Positions 10,983 to 24,654 are shown, counted from the first letter of the stretch. The stretch: DNA of 64,000 nt from Nitrospirota bacterium (GCA_963818475.1 CAWFSF010000002.1:672001-736000), one strand, 5' to 3'. Notes: generated by a model from the letters alone, not told the origin. A program made the numbers and translations.

Positions 10983-11783
10983 TCAATAGCTTTTCTTGAC
11001 GATCCTTGTTTCGAGCGCCTTGATCTTGATCTGGATCGCCTCGGGATTCGGGTAGGCCGGCTCGATGTCCTTGTAGAGCTTGAGCGCTTCCGCCAGTTCG
11101 CCTCCGGACTCAAGGCATCCGGCTAGAGCGAACTTGGCCTTGACCACGAGCTCCTGGTCCGGATTGCTGTCAATGGTCTTCCGGTAAAAGATCTTTGCCT
11201 CGTCGAGCTCACCCCTCGAAAAGGCCGTTGTCCCGAGCCTGAAGTAACCGAGCTTCACCTGCGGACCGGCAGGGAACTCATCAACCTGTTGCATCCAGAC
11301 CGTGCGCGCTTCGTCGACCTTCCCTACCCTGAACAAACAGTCGGCCAGGCTATAGAGGCTTTTCTCCTGGATCTCTCGGTTTGAATACCGGGCTGCCTTG
11401 CGATATTCCTCGATGGCGCGATCATAGTCGTTATAGCCCTGTTCATAGATATTGTGGGCGATATACCACTGGGCCTGCGGCGCCATGTCCCGGCGCGGAT
11501 ATCGTTTGAGCAGCAGTCGAAGGGTCTGCAGCGACTTATCGGTCTCGCCCAGGTAAAGAAACTGCGTCACCCCCACCCAGTACAGCGCATCATCAGCGCG
11601 GCTGCTGTAGGGATGTTCCTTGACCAGCGCCAGATACATCCTGGCCGCAGTCTGATACTCTCCGGCATTCCAGTGCTTGGTCGCCGCTTCATACTCGTTC
11701 TGTGCGCCCTTGTCGAATGCGTCACACCCGGTCAGTGCGATAGCGAACAGGAACAGCATCACGAGCTTCTTCATCCTGGCCAC
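10983..11783 (-). CDS. TPR-repeat lipoprotein (BamD/CpoB-like)
   Basis: Lipobox LTGC; repeated YP..ADDALY/APQAQWY TPR helices. Confidence 0.75.
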   Translation of the reverse strand: MARMKKLVMLFLFAIALTGCDAFDKGAQNEYEAATKHWNAGEYQTAARMYLALVKEHPYSSRADDALYWVGVTQFLYLGETDKSLQTLRLLLKRYPRRDMAPQAQWYIAHNIYEQGYNDYDRAIEEYRKAARYSNREIQEKSLYSLADCLFRVGKVDEARTVWMQQVDEFPAGPQVKLGYFRLGTTAFSRGELDEAKIFYRKTIDSNPDQELVVKAKFALAGCLESGGELAEALKLYKDIEPAYPNPEAIQIKIKALETRIVKKSY

Positions 11784-11786
11784 AGC

Positions 11787-14270
11787 TCACGCACCCGGTC
11801 CAGCCGGCGGTTCCGGGGCGGCCTTTTCTCCAGCAGGCTCTTTTTCTTCTTCGCGCTCCACAAGCTTTGCAAAGCTGACCACTTTGTCGTCCGCCTCAAT
11901 ATCGAAGAGCCGCACACCCTGCGTATTTCGGCCCTGAACCGAAATGTCCCGGGCGCGGATCCGCAGGACCTTGCCGTTCGACGTGATCAGGATGATCTCG
12001 TCGTCCTCTGACACCTGGGCCATGCCGGTCACCCGCCCATTCTTCTCGGTGATCTTGAGCGTGAATATACCCTTGCCGCCCCGGCCCTGACTTCGGTAAT
12101 CTTCGAGAGTGCTTCGCTTGCCGTAGCCCTTTTCTGTCACGGTCAGGATCGTCGAGTCGTCGCGCACGATCTCCATGGCGACGACCTCATTACCTTCGTC
12201 GAGCCGGATGCCGATCACGCCCTTACCCGTCCGCCCGATTTCCCGCACATCGGTCTCGGAAAAGCGGATCGAAAGGCCGTCCCTCGTTCCGAGGAACACG
12301 TCGCACTTGCCATCGGTGACCTCGGAGGAGATGAGCTCGTCGCCCTCATCCAGGGTGATGGCGATGATGCCGGAAGGACGCGGATGGCTGTATGATTCGA
12401 GCTCGGTTTTCTTGATGATGCCGTTCTTCGTCGCCATCAGGATGAAGTGGCCCGGCATGAATTCACGGACCGGGAGCGCCGCGGTCACCCGCTCGTCCTG
12501 GCTGATCTGGATGAGGTTCACGATCGCCTTGCCCTTGGCCTGCCGGCTGGCCTCGGGGAGCTGGTGCACCTTGAGCCAGTACACCCGGCCCTTGTTCGTG
12601 AAGAAGAGGATGTAGCTGTGGGCCGATGCCGTGAAGAGGCGCTCCACGAAATCCGTCTCCTTGGTCTCCATCCCCATCTTTCCCTTGCCTCCGCGCCGTT
12701 GTGCGCGGTAGGACGTGAGTGGATTGCGCTTGATATAGCCGGCATGCGAGATGGTGATCACCATCTCTTCATCCTTGATCAGATCCTCGATATCGATCTC
12801 CGAGGCTTGGGGTACGATCTCGGTCCGGCGCTCATCGCCGTACTCTGCTTTTACCGCAAGGAGTTCGTCGCGGATGATCTTCATCACCAGTGAATCGGAA
12901 CCAAGGATCTCGGTCAGCCGTGCGATCTCCTTGAGCACCTCTTCATATTCTGCGATGATCTTGTCGCGTTCGAGGCCCGTGAGCCGCTGCAGCCGCATCT
13001 CGAGGATGGCCTGGGCCTGGATCTCGCTGAGCTTGAACTCGCGCACGAGGCCGGTCCTGGCCTCGTCGGGGTTAGCCGAAGCCTTGATCAGCGCGATGAC
13101 GGCATCGAGGTTGTCCAGCGCGATCTTGAGGCCCAGCAGGATATGCGCCCGTTCCTCCGCCTTCCGGAGATCGTACTTCGTCCGCCTGACCACCACTTCC
13201 CGGCGGTGCTGGATGAAATTCGACAGCAGTTTGCGCAGGTTCAGGACGCGCGGCTGGTTGTTCACCAGGGCGAGCATGATCACGCCAAAGGTGGACTGCA
13301 TGGCCGTATGCTTGTACAGCTGGTTCAGGATCACGGTCGAGATCTCGCCTTTTTTCAGGTCGATGGCAATGCGCATGCCTTCGCGGTCCGACTCATCCCG
13401 GATCTCGGAGATGCCGGTGATCTTTTTTTCCTGCACGAGCTCGGCGATCCGTTCGAGCAGGCGCGCCTTGTTCACCTGGTAGGGAAGTTCGGTCACGATA
13501 ATGCTCTCGCGGTCCCCTTTGCCCTCTTCGATCGCGGCACGAGCGCGCATCTGAATGATGCCCCGGCCGGTGAGATAGGCCTGCCTGATCCCTTCATACC
13601 CGTTGATGAAGCCTGCTGTCGGGAAATCGGGCCCTTTGATCGCGGTCATGAGGTCGGGGATCGTGACCTCGGGATTATCGATCATCATCACCAGGCCGTC
13701 GACGACCTCGGAGAGATTATGGGGCGGGATGTTCGTTGCCATGCCTACGGCAATCCCGGCCGAACCGTTGATCAGGAGGTTCGGCACCCGCGTCGGCAAC
13801 ACGGAAGGCTCGACGGTGGTTTCATCGAAGTTCGGGATGAAATCAACGGTCTCCTTGTCGATGTCGGCGAGCAGTTCTTCCGCTAATTTGGTGAGCCTGG
13901 CTTCCGTATACCGGTACGCCGCCGCCGGGTCGCCGTCAACGGAGCCGAAATTGCCCTGGCCATCGACAAGCCGGTAGCGCATGTTGAAGTCCTGCGCCAT
14001 CCTGACCATGGTATCGTAGACCGCGCTGTCGCCGTGAGGATGGTACTTCTTCAACACCTCGCCGACCACGCCCGCGCTCTTGGAGTATTTCTTGTTATGC
14101 AGCAGCCCTTCACGGAACATGGCGTACAGGATGCGCCGGTGCACGGGTTTCAATCCGTCGCGCACATCGGGGAGCGCCCGCCCCACGATCACGCTCATGG
14201 AGTAGTCGAGATAGGAGGTTTTCATCTCCTGTTCGATATTGATCTGCGATTTTATGTCCTGAGGTTCCAT
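11787..14270 (-). CDS. gyrA: DNA gyrase subunit A
   Basis: [30 protein letters not shown], GyrA box QRRGGKG. Confidence 0.98.
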   Translation of the reverse strand: MEPQDIKSQINIEQEMKTSYLDYSMSVIVGRALPDVRDGLKPVHRRILYAMFREGLLHNKKYSKSAGVVGEVLKKYHPHGDSAVYDTMVRMAQDFNMRYRLVDGQGNFGSVDGDPAAAYRYTEARLTKLAEELLADIDKETVDFIPNFDETTVEPSVLPTRVPNLLINGSAGIAVGMATNIPPHNLSEVVDGLVMMIDNPEVTIPDLMTAIKGPDFPTAGFINGYEGIRQAYLTGRGIIQMRARAAIEEGKGDRESIIVTELPYQVNKARLLERIAELVQEKKITGISEIRDESDREGMRIAIDLKKGEISTVILNQLYKHTAMQSTFGVIMLALVNNQPRVLNLRKLLSNFIQHRREVVVRRTKYDLRKAEERAHILLGLKIALDNLDAVIALIKASANPDEARTGLVREFKLSEIQAQAILEMRLQRLTGLERDKIIAEYEEVLKEIARLTEILGSDSLVMKIIRDELLAVKAEYGDERRTEIVPQASEIDIEDLIKDEEMVITISHAGYIKRNPLTSYRAQRRGGKGKMGMETKETDFVERLFTASAHSYILFFTNKGRVYWLKVHQLPEASRQAKGKAIVNLIQISQDERVTAALPVREFMPGHFILMATKNGIIKKTELESYSHPRPSGIIAITLDEGDELISSEVTDGKCDVFLGTRDGLSIRFSETDVREIGRTGKGVIGIRLDEGNEVVAMEIVRDDSTILTVTEKGYGKRSTLEDYRSQGRGGKGIFTLKITEKNGRVTGMAQVSEDDEIILITSNGKVLRIRARDISVQGRNTQGVRLFDIEADDKVVSFAKLVEREEEKEPAGEKAAPEPPAGPGA

Positions 14271-14356
14271 AATTTATGTGCAAATCCTAAATTCGAATTT
14301 CTAAATCCTAAAGCGTTTAGGGTTTCGAGATATTACGCTCTTCGTGCTTCGTTTGC

Positions 14357-16807
<2,451 letters not shown>

Positions 16808-16819
16808 TCACATCCAGAG

Positions 16820-16953
16820 CAAATCCCAAATTGCAAAACACAAATTACAAACAATTTCCAAATATTCAAACCAAAACCACTTGGCGCCTGTTTGACCATT
16901 GGTTATCGGTGTTTGGAATTTATTTGTAATTTGGCGCTTGTACTTTGGAAGTT
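16820..16953. repeat. Heptamer-periodic AT-rich imperfect palindrome between dnaN and gyrB
   Basis: AAATCCCAAATTGCAAAACACAAATTACAAA... mirrored by ...TTTGGAATTTATTTGTAATTTGGCGCTTGTACTTTGG. Confidence 0.6.
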
Positions 16954-16957
16954 ACCA

Positions 16958-18073
16958 TCACACCCGCATGGGCATGACAACGCACTTGTAGTGCTCGTCG
17001 CCCTCTTCCTTGATCAGGCAGGGGCTCAGGGGATCGCTCAGCTCCAGCGAGATGTTCTGCTTGTCCATGGCGGTCAGCACGTCCATGAGATAGCGGGAAT
17101 TGAATCCGATGGCAAGGTCTTCGCCGGTATAGGCCACCGCAAGTTCTTCGCTCGCTTCGCCGATCTCGGGATTGTTCGTGGAGAGCACCAGGCGGTTTTT
17201 TTCGAGCTGCACCTTGACCGCGTTCGTTTTCTCCTTGGACAGGATCGATACGCGTTTTACGGCATGCATGAACTCATCCTTGGCCACAACGATCTTCTTG
17301 GTGTTCTGCGACGGCAGCACCTGCTGATAGTTGGGGTAATTGCCGTCGATGAGCTTCGACACCATGACCAGCCCGTCCCGCTTGAACAGGGCGTGGTTCT
17401 TGCTGAACCCGAGCCGCAGCTCCGTGCCGGAGGAGCCTTCCTCCAGAAGCCGCCGGAGCTCAAGCATTGCCTTCTTCGGGATGATCATGCTCTCTTCCGC
17501 GTGCTTTGCTTCCACGACCCGGTCGATCATCGAAAGGCGGTGGCCGTCGGTGCCGACCATGCGGATGTTCAGGCCGTTCTTGGCCTGGGTCATGTGTACG
17601 AACAGCCCGTTCAGCACATACCGGGCGTCATTTTCGCCGACCGAGTAGAGCGTTTTTTTGATCATGTCCCGGAGCGTTTCGCCGTCGATGGTGATCAGGC
17701 CGTCTTCGGCCACATCGGGCAGCGCAGGGAACTCGTCCTTGGGCAGGCCGACGAGCTTGAACTGCGAATGGCCCGAGACTATCTTTACCCAGCTGCCTTC
17801 GTCAACGCGGATCTGGATATCCTCTGCCGGAAGCTCCCGAACGATCTCGTACATCTTCTTGGCCGACACGGTGACGGCCCCGGGCCGTTCGATCTCGGCG
17901 GCATACCTGCCGCGCAGTCCGATCTCAAGGTCGGTGGCAATGATCTCCAGAGCGCCGTTCTCCGCCGAAAGCAGCATGTTCGACAGGATCGGCATGGTGT
18001 TCTTCTTTTCGACAACACCCTGGATCCGCTGCAGACCCTTCAGGAATTCCTCTTTTTTGATTTTCAGTTTCAT
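16958..18073 (-). CDS. dnaN: DNA polymerase III beta clamp
   Basis: ATDLEIG, GTDGHRL, LIDGNYPNY, GFNSRYL, VVMPMR. Confidence 0.98.
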   Translation of the reverse strand: MKLKIKKEEFLKGLQRIQGVVEKKNTMPILSNMLLSAENGALEIIATDLEIGLRGRYAAEIERPGAVTVSAKKMYEIVRELPAEDIQIRVDEGSWVKIVSGHSQFKLVGLPKDEFPALPDVAEDGLITIDGETLRDMIKKTLYSVGENDARYVLNGLFVHMTQAKNGLNIRMVGTDGHRLSMIDRVVEAKHAEESMIIPKKAMLELRRLLEEGSSGTELRLGFSKNHALFKRDGLVMVSKLIDGNYPNYQQVLPSQNTKKIVVAKDEFMHAVKRVSILSKEKTNAVKVQLEKNRLVLSTNNPEIGEASEELAVAYTGEDLAIGFNSRYLMDVLTAMDKQNISLELSDPLSPCLIKEEGDEHYKCVVMPMRV

Positions 18074-18161
18074 CTAGGGAAGCCTCCCGTGACCATTCGG
18101 AGATAGTATCAGAATCCCCATTAAATAGCAATACAAAATTTACCCTGTTTACCTTTTTATT

Positions 18162-19496
18162 TCAAGATTTTAGCTGCTTGATGAGCGCCTCGATACGGGC
18201 CTTGAGTTCCGGGTCTTTTTCTTTTTTTTCCTCGATCACTTTAATTGCGTGAATGACCGTACTGTGGTCCTTTCCGCCAAACACGTTTCCCGTCTCGGGA
18301 AGCGATGTTCCGACAAGCGTACGGCAGAGGTACATGCCGACCTGGCGCGGAAGGACCACTGCCTTGGTGCGCCGTTTTGATTTCAGGTCCGAGATCTTTA
18401 CGCCGAAGGCCTCGGCCACGACCTTCTGAACAAGGTCGTTCGTAATGATCTTGTCCCGCGCTTCAATGAGATACCGGAGCTCTTCACGGGCCAGCTCCTG
18501 GGTGATCTCCCGGTTGGTAAGCGATGAGACCGCGCCCAGCTTGACCAGTCCGCCTTCAAGCTCCCGAATGTTGCTCTTCATGGTCGTTGCGAGAAAAAGA
18601 GCAACGTCATCGGGCAGCCGGATGGCCCAGAACTCCGCTTTTTTCTTCACGATGGCGATCCTCGTTTCGAGGTCCGGCGGCTGTATATCGGCGATCAGGC
18701 CGGACTCGAATCGCGACCGGAGCCGTTCCTCGATGTCGGGGATCTCTTTCGGCTGGCGGTCGCTGGTGAGGACGATCTGCTTCTGCGCTTCATAGAGGGC
18801 ATTGAACGTGTGAAAGAACTCTTCCTGCGTCCGTTCCTTGTTGGCAATGAACTGGATATCATCGATCAGCAGGATGTCGATATTGCGGTATTTCTGGCGG
18901 AACTCCTCCATCCGCTGGTGGCTGATGCGGTTGATGAGCTCGTTCGTGAACTGCTCGGAAGAGAGATAGGCGACGCGGGTCTTCGGTGATTTGCTCTGGA
19001 TGTGATGGCCGATGGCGTTGACCAGGTGGGTCTTGCCCAGCCCGACGCCGCTGTAGATGAACAGCGGATTATAAGATCGGCCGGGCGCATCCGCCACGGC
19101 CTTGGCAGCTGCATGGGCGAACTGGTTGCTGGGCCCGACCACAAAAGTGCTGAAGATGTATTTTTTTTCGAAGTGGCCTACCCGCTCTTCCCGCGGCTCG
19201 CCCTTTTCTTCCTTCGGCAGCCGGGCAGGCTTCTTTTTTTGGGGCTGTTCGGGCTGAACATAGAAGTCGATCTCCATGTCATCCCGCTTGGTGACCTCTT
19301 TGATCACATCGGTCAGGGTGGTCCAGTGATGCTCCTTGATCCAGTCACGGTGAAACTTGCTCGGCACCTCGATCTGCATCCTGTTGCCTTCGAGGGAAAC
19401 AAGCTTGGACTGGCTGAACCAGGTGTCGTAACCCTGCTTGGACATTCGGTTTTCTATCAGTAATTGTATCTCTTCCCACAGTCTGATCTGATCCAT
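18162..19496 (-). CDS. dnaA: Chromosomal replication initiator DnaA
   Basis: YNPLFIYSGVGLGKTHL, LLIDDIQF, QEEFFHTFN, GGKDHSTVIHA. Confidence 0.98.
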   Translation of the reverse strand: MDQIRLWEEIQLLIENRMSKQGYDTWFSQSKLVSLEGNRMQIEVPSKFHRDWIKEHHWTTLTDVIKEVTKRDDMEIDFYVQPEQPQKKKPARLPKEEKGEPREERVGHFEKKYIFSTFVVGPSNQFAHAAAKAVADAPGRSYNPLFIYSGVGLGKTHLVNAIGHHIQSKSPKTRVAYLSSEQFTNELINRISHQRMEEFRQKYRNIDILLIDDIQFIANKERTQEEFFHTFNALYEAQKQIVLTSDRQPKEIPDIEERLRSRFESGLIADIQPPDLETRIAIVKKKAEFWAIRLPDDVALFLATTMKSNIRELEGGLVKLGAVSSLTNREITQELAREELRYLIEARDKIITNDLVQKVVAEAFGVKISDLKSKRRTKAVVLPRQVGMYLCRTLVGTSLPETGNVFGGKDHSTVIHAIKVIEEKKEKDPELKARIEALIKQLKS

Positions 19497-19532
19497 AAAA
19501 ACCCCAAAAAACGGCCCTGGTTACAAACATGC

Positions 19533-19552
19533 TTATCCACAGGTGTTGATAG
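19533..19552. promoter_or_regulatory. DnaA boxes in the dnaA leader
   Basis: Perfect TTATCCACA (19533-19541) plus inverted near-box TGTTGATAG (19544-19552). Confidence 0.8.
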
Positions 19553-19725
19553 TCTGTTTTTTCCATTGTTTTTCTTGTTGTTACGATTGTGCTCGGAGGT
19601 ATATTGTCCGCTTTTTGTTTGCTCAATTTTGCTGGATTTTTTGCATCTCCGGATGGTCGAATCTAGTACGCATCTTGCAATTTCTTTTTGCTCATGTGAT
19701 TAATGCCTGTTTCAAGAGAGGCATG

Positions 19726-19754
19726 ACTATAACAGAACACGCCAATTCTGGCAA
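19726..19754 (-). promoter_or_regulatory. Putative sigma70 promoter of dnaA
   Basis: Minus strand TTGCCA-N17-TATAGT. Confidence 0.6.
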
Positions 19755-19908
19755 GGTATTTTTATGCTTCACAGCAGCTGCCTGACCGCTTGCCACTGGA
19801 CCACCGTTACTGCTGCAGGCTATTGGGAACGGGTTCCCGCAGCCCGGGAGTATGAGAAGTATCAGTGTTTCCCCAGAGCCGCCATCTTCCCGCTTGGTAA
19901 AAAAGTGC

Positions 19909-19938
19909 TTGACTTCGAAACTCTCGATGCTGTATTAT
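19909..19938 (+). promoter_or_regulatory. Putative sigma70 promoter of tusA-dsrE2
   Basis: TTGACT-N18-TATTAT. Confidence 0.45.
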
Positions 19939-20018
19939 AAAACAAGTGTTTCAAATGCATATTTTATGTTTGTGCTTGCGAACACCTATCTATTTCTCTT
20001 AAAACTGGAGGAGACAAC

Positions 20019-20261
20019 ATGGCTGCGGATATCAAGGTTGATCAGACGCTGGACTGCAAGGGAATGAGTTGCCCCTTGCCCATTCTCAAGACCAAAAAGG
20101 CTGTCGAGGCGCTTACGAAAGGCCAGGTCCTGAAGGTGGAGACTACGGATGCCGGCTCCAAGAACGATATGAGCTCATGGGCCAAGAGGACCGGCAATGA
20201 GATTCTGAACGTCGAGGAAGGCTCCGGCACATTCACGTTTTATATCAAGAAGACCGCTTAA
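20019..20261 (+). CDS. tusA: TusA family sulfur carrier
   Basis: LDCKGMSCPLPILK (CPxP motif); GGAGGAG RBS. Confidence 0.9.
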   Translation: MAADIKVDQTLDCKGMSCPLPILKTKKAVEALTKGQVLKVETTDAGSKNDMSSWAKRTGNEILNVEEGSGTFTFYIKKTA

Positions 20262-20273
20262 GGAGAACTGTAC

Positions 20274-20747
20274 ATGGCAAACAAAAAAATGACGATCATC
20301 GCATCCAAGGGCTCACTGGACATGGCATATCCGCCGCTAATCCTTGCCACCACTGCTGCTGCCATGGATGTGGACGTTACGATATTCTTCACGTTTTACG
20401 GACTTGAAATGATCAAAAAAGGCAACGCGGATAATCTCAAGGTCTCCCCTCTGGGCAACCCGGCCATGCCCATGCCGGTTCCGATCCCGACGCTCGTGGC
20501 ATCCCTGCCGGGCATGGAATCGGTCGCAACGGCGATGATGAAGTCCATGTTCAGCAAACACGGGGTTGCATCCATCGGCCAGCTGCTCGACCTAGCCAAG
20601 GAGGCAGGCGTAAAGCTTATTGCCTGCCAGATGACCATGGATGTCATGGGCGTCAAGCAGTCGGACATCATTGACGGCGTCGAATTCGGCGGTGCTGCCA
20701 CCTGGATGGACCTGGCCGCTGATGCGGACATCAACCTGTTCGTGTAG
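20274..20747 (+). CDS. DsrE2/DrsH-like sulfurtransferase
   Basis: [38 protein letters not shown]. Confidence 0.88.
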   Translation: MANKKMTIIASKGSLDMAYPPLILATTAAAMDVDVTIFFTFYGLEMIKKGNADNLKVSPLGNPAMPMPVPIPTLVASLPGMESVATAMMKSMFSKHGVASIGQLLDLAKEAGVKLIACQMTMDVMGVKQSDIIDGVEFGGAATWMDLAADADINLFV

Positions 20748-20780
20748 CACGACCCTTACGGCGCTCTTCGCGCAATCTTC

Positions 20781-20810
20781 AACCGGTTCTGATGCCAGAA
20801 CCGGTTTTTT
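20781..20810 (+). terminator. Intrinsic terminator after dsrE2
   Basis: AACCGGTTCT/AGAACCGGTT stem followed by a T tract. Confidence 0.7.
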
Positions 20811-20865
20811 GTTTTTCTGGCTTTCATTTGCTGGACTTTTTTCCACGTTTATGCTAAAAAAAAAC

Positions 20866-21207
20866 ATGCAGATACCTATCGATCTAAAATATGACGACAA
20901 AGGACTGATTCCGGCAGTGGTCCAGGACTGGCAGAACGGCCAGATCCTCATGGTTGCCTACATGAACGCCGAATCACTGAAGAAAACCGTTGAGACTCGC
21001 CTCACCTGGTTCTGGAGCCGCTCACGCCAGAAGTTCTGGCAAAAGGGCGAGACCTCCGGCCATATCCAGCGGGTCAAGGACATCCTCTATGATTGTGACC
21101 AGGATACGCTGCTCATCAAGGTGGAGCAGACCGGCCCGGCATGCCACACCGGGGAACAGAGCTGCTTCTTCAGGAGCTTCCTGGACAAGAAGAAGGGTGC
21201 CAAATGA
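20866..21207 (+). CDS. hisI: Phosphoribosyl-AMP cyclohydrolase
   Basis: [33 protein letters not shown]. Confidence 0.95.
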   Translation: MQIPIDLKYDDKGLIPAVVQDWQNGQILMVAYMNAESLKKTVETRLTWFWSRSRQKFWQKGETSGHIQRVKDILYDCDQDTLLIKVEQTGPACHTGEQSCFFRSFLDKKKGAK

Positions 21208-21551
21208 GCGACAGCTGCATTTTCTGCAAGATCATCGAAAAGAAGATCCCATCCAGGATCGTTTATGAAGATCAGCACGTATTCGCTTTTGAGGATGTCA
21301 ATCCGCAGGCGCCGGTCCATATCCTTGTGGTCCCCAAAAAACATTTACCCGACATTCAGAGCATGGCAGAGATCGATCGGGAGCTTGTGGGCCACCTCTT
21401 TCTTGCAGCAACAAAGATCGCCGCAGATAAAGGTCTTGTTGAAAAGGGATATCGTACGGTGATCAATAATGGCGCCGGTGCGGGCCAGACAGTCTTCCAT
21501 ATTCATCTGCATATTCTGTCGGGTCGGCGCTTTGCCTGGCCCCCGGGATAA
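21204..21551 (+). CDS. Histidine triad (HIT/HinT) protein
   Basis: [24 protein letters not shown]. Confidence 0.93.
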   Translation: MSDSCIFCKIIEKKIPSRIVYEDQHVFAFEDVNPQAPVHILVVPKKHLPDIQSMAEIDRELVGHLFLAATKIAADKGLVEKGYRTVINNGAGAGQTVFHIHLHILSGRRFAWPPG

Positions 21552-21770
21552 CCTACAAACAACTTCGCTGTGCATAACAACCTAACAACCTGTTCAAAAC
21601 CGTAAACACGAGGTTTTCAACAATCCGACCACAGACCATCAACAGGACCGGCCAGAAGTTCTTCCTAATCCTTTCGTTCACTTTTTCAAATGGTTCATGC
21701 TGGTACTCACATTTCCACATCCCCTACTACTACTACTACTAATTTATTAAGTATAGATGTATAGTAGTTC
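21552..21770. other. oriC: DnaA-box cluster with DnaA-trio unwinding element
   Basis: TGTGCATAA (21569), TTTTCAACA (21614), tandem GTACTCACA/ATTTCCACA (21703-21719), CCCC, (CTA)6 at 21724-21741, then an AT-rich tract. Confidence 0.85.
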
Positions 21771-21920
21771 TTACGTCGCTTTGGTGTGAGTTATGTCTCT
21801 TTTTCTTCAGCACCTTTTTATGATCTGTCATAAAAAAAATTAATTGGCCTTGATGACTCTCCCATGGTATGGTTACGGCATCATACCGATCGGTTAAACA
21901 ACTTTCTTCAGGGAGGGCGC

Positions 21921-22289
21921 ATGGAAAACAAGGAATTCGTTTTTGTCATTACCCATTCATACGATGCTATTGAACGCGCGGCAGCTGCGCTCCAGCTTGC
22001 GACGAACATGATGGCCTTTGATGCGAAGATCGTTTTTTTTCTTATGAACGAGGGCGTGCATCTGGCGCGCAAAGGCTTTGTGGATTCCGTTACCTGGCAA
22101 AAAGGTTTTTCCCCGGTTGCCGACCTGATGAAAAGCCTGGTAGAAGACTTTGATTGTAAATTCTACATTTGCGCATCCTGTGTGAAACCTTATGGACTAG
22201 AAGGTGCGGAGTGGATCAAGAACGCAGAGGTAAAACCGGGATCCTACCTGGGTGAACTTTTGATGCAGCGCCAGAACGTGACGTTCTGA
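21921..22289 (+). CDS. DsrE/DsrF family protein
   Basis: FFLMNEGVHLA...YICASC; GGGAGG RBS. Confidence 0.8.
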   Translation: MENKEFVFVITHSYDAIERAAAALQLATNMMAFDAKIVFFLMNEGVHLARKGFVDSVTWQKGFSPVADLMKSLVEDFDCKFYICASCVKPYGLEGAEWIKNAEVKPGSYLGELLMQRQNVTF

Positions 22290-22512
22290 AGACACTCGCA
22301 ATTTCTAAATTGCTCTCATGACCTCTGCCGATCATTCAATTGCCAATGTCTCAGAAAACTGCATTTGACAACTACGGATTTTTTAGACAGAGGCTTCACC
22401 CTTTTATTTTTTCCGCTTTTATCCGGTGTTATTCCGCTCCTTCCGTGTCCAAATGATTTTTTCAATATGATCTTTTCAGTTTTACTGTTGACTACGCACA
22501 TAAGGATTATTC

Positions 22513-22722
22513 ATGAACGAGTTTAAACTGGAAGGTCAGGAATATATCGAATTGAATAATCTGCTCAAGATCATGGGCTTGATCGACAGCGGTGGTATGG
22601 CAAAGATCGTGATCGCCGAAGGGCGTGTCAAGGTGGACGGAGCGATCGAATTGCGGCGACGCTGTAAGATCCGTACCGGCCAGAAGGTCGAATTTGAAGG
22701 GCGCACCGTCGTTGTTGTGTGA
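22513..22722 (+). CDS. S4-domain RNA-binding protein (YbcJ/YaaA-like)
   Basis: EYIELNNLLK..G...SGGMAK..I.EG.VKVDG..E.RRRCKI. Confidence 0.88.
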   Translation: MNEFKLEGQEYIELNNLLKIMGLIDSGGMAKIVIAEGRVKVDGAIELRRRCKIRTGQKVEFEGRTVVVV

Positions 22723-22844
22723 CCAGCCGTTGTAGATATGCCGCGTAACACATCCCCGAGCACACTAGAAAGCACATCGCGCTCCGCTAACTCCTATCCG
22801 ATCGGCTATTTACAGACAGGCAGAATCATGGTATAAAACCAGCC

Positions 22845-23424
22845 ATGAAAAACATTGCTAATTTTCTGTTCGAAGCAGGCATGCTGAAACGGACTCCGCG
22901 CAGCGGCTTTCAGTTCCTCGGGACCGGCGCAGAGTCTGTGGCAGAGCATATCTTTCCGCACCACCTATATCGGCTATGCTCTCGGCAGGCTCGTGCAGGA
23001 TGTCGATGTTGACCGCATGATAAAGATGTGCCTGTTCCACGATCTGCCAGAAGCGCGGACGGGCGACCTTAACTACGTGAATAAAAAGTATGTGGAGGCA
23101 AACGAAAAAAAAGCGGTAGAGGACCTGGCCGGGACCCTGCCCTTCGGCAACGAGATCCGGGAATTGATACTGGAGTTCATCGAGGGGAAGACCGAGGAAG
23201 CGCGCCTGGCGCGCGATGCGGACCAGCTGGAGATGATCCTGGCGCTCAAGGAGTATAAGGACCTGGGGAACAAATACGCCGACGAGTGGCTGGAGTTCTC
23301 GTTGAAGCGGCTTCAGACCGATTCAGCGCGTGAGCTTGCGCGGACCATTCTGGAAACAGACTCATCGCTCTGGTGGTTCAGCGACAAGAGCGACTGGTGG
23401 GTCACCGGCGGCAAGCGTTCGTAA
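22845..23424 (+). CDS. HD-domain phosphohydrolase (YfbR-like), frameshift near 22953
   Basis: MKNIANFLFEAGMLKRTPRSG...ESVAEH continues in another frame as CLFHDLPEARTGD...DADQLE. Confidence 0.8.
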
Positions 23425-24036
23425 TTCCTGATAGGTACGGTCCGTGGTCATGGTCCCGGAAACTTGTATCCGATAAACAGCAGACCGCTGCGTGATGCAT
23501 AATGGTCCACGAGCGGGGCTGTTCGCTCCCGGAAGATCATCCAGTTTTTTTTCTACCAATTCCCGATTATCATCGATGCGCTCTGTCCTGTCCCTGCCCA
23601 CATTCTCTTTGATCCGAAAAAAAACATCGTCAGCAGAACTATCGAGCACAATGAGCGCGTGAATTGTTGCGAGCCCGGCAATGTCCTGCGCCTGTCCGGC
23701 ATGGCGCGGAATGCCGTTCAGGACAAGCAGATCGTGCTGCGAAAATGAAACTCGCTTCAGGAAAAGCGTGAGGATTTTTTTTGCCAGGGGGAAGTGCTCA
23801 TTTTCGAGAAGCAGGCCGCGCTCGAGAACGCCGTGGATAAACGCGAGCTCCTCGAGCGAGTAATCCGCGGAGCGTTCGTTTGCGGATACAGCGCTGCGGA
23901 GCTCAGATCCGAAATCGAGGTGATGACACCGTCGGCCGAACAACCCCTGAAGAGCGATGGCGTCGCCAAGCGGGCTTTTGCCCACGCCGGTAGGGCCCAG
24001 GAGAAGGATGGCATTGATTGGGAAGGGGAATGTCAT
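23362..24036 (-). CDS. Adenylate/nucleoside monophosphate kinase-like P-loop protein (probable compensating indels near 23540-23490)
   Basis: ILLLGPTGVGKS, HLDFGSELR, VLNGIPRHAGQA, R.DD...VEKKL. Confidence 0.7.
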   Translation of the reverse strand: MTFPFPINAILLLGPTGVGKSPLGDAIALQGLFGRRCHHLDFGSELRSAVSANERSADYSLEELAFIHGVLERGLLLENEHFPLAKKILTLFLKRVSFSQHDLLVLNGIPRHAGQAQDIAGLATIHALIVLDSSADDVFFRIKENVGRDRTERIDDNRELVEKKLDDLPGANSPARGPLCITQRSAVYRIQVSGTMTTDRTYQELRTLAAGDPPVALVAEPPER

Positions 24037-24069
24037 AGGAATTGTTGAACGATCAGGGGTCAGACAAAT

Positions 24070-24508
24070 CTATGCAAACCCTGCGATCTTCTTTCTCAAG
24101 CTCTCCAGGCTTTTTCTGGAGGCGATGGTCAGCTCGTTCTCGGGAAGCTTGTCAAGGCTGAACCAGCCGATCTCGTCGCATTTATGCGGCTCTCTGATGA
24201 CGGGCGTCCCCCTGGTGATCCTGCAGATGAAGGAGGGCGAGACCCAGTGCTGCTTCTCGTCAGGAATGATATGGTTCACGACGTCGAGGAGCGACAGGAC
24301 CTCGATCTCGATACCGTACTCTTCCATGACCTCGCGCGCCAGGGCGTGCTCGAGCGTCTCACCGAATTCCACGCTCCCGCCGGGAAACTCCCATTTACCC
24401 GATTCGTTCCTTGCCTCTTTCCCGCGCTTTGGCAAGAAAGACCCTCTTGTCGCGGTCATAGATGATGGCGCCGACCCCGACACCGATATGATCAACACCT
24501 TTTTTCAT
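24070..24508 (-). CDS. NUDIX hydrolase, frameshift near 24430
   Basis: MKKGVDHIGVGVGAII joins to Nudix box GGSVEFGETLEHALAREVMEEYG. Confidence 0.85.
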
Positions 24509-24654
24509 GTTCTGCACAGTACCAAAAATCCCGGGGAAAGTCAAAAGAGTATCAGGTGCTGGCCCGGCGTGAATGCCTCCAACCACGGGAAAGAGAGTTT
24601 TGCGGTTTCTGCAAGAAGATGAACCTAACCTCCGGAAAGAGACCGGTTTTTTGC

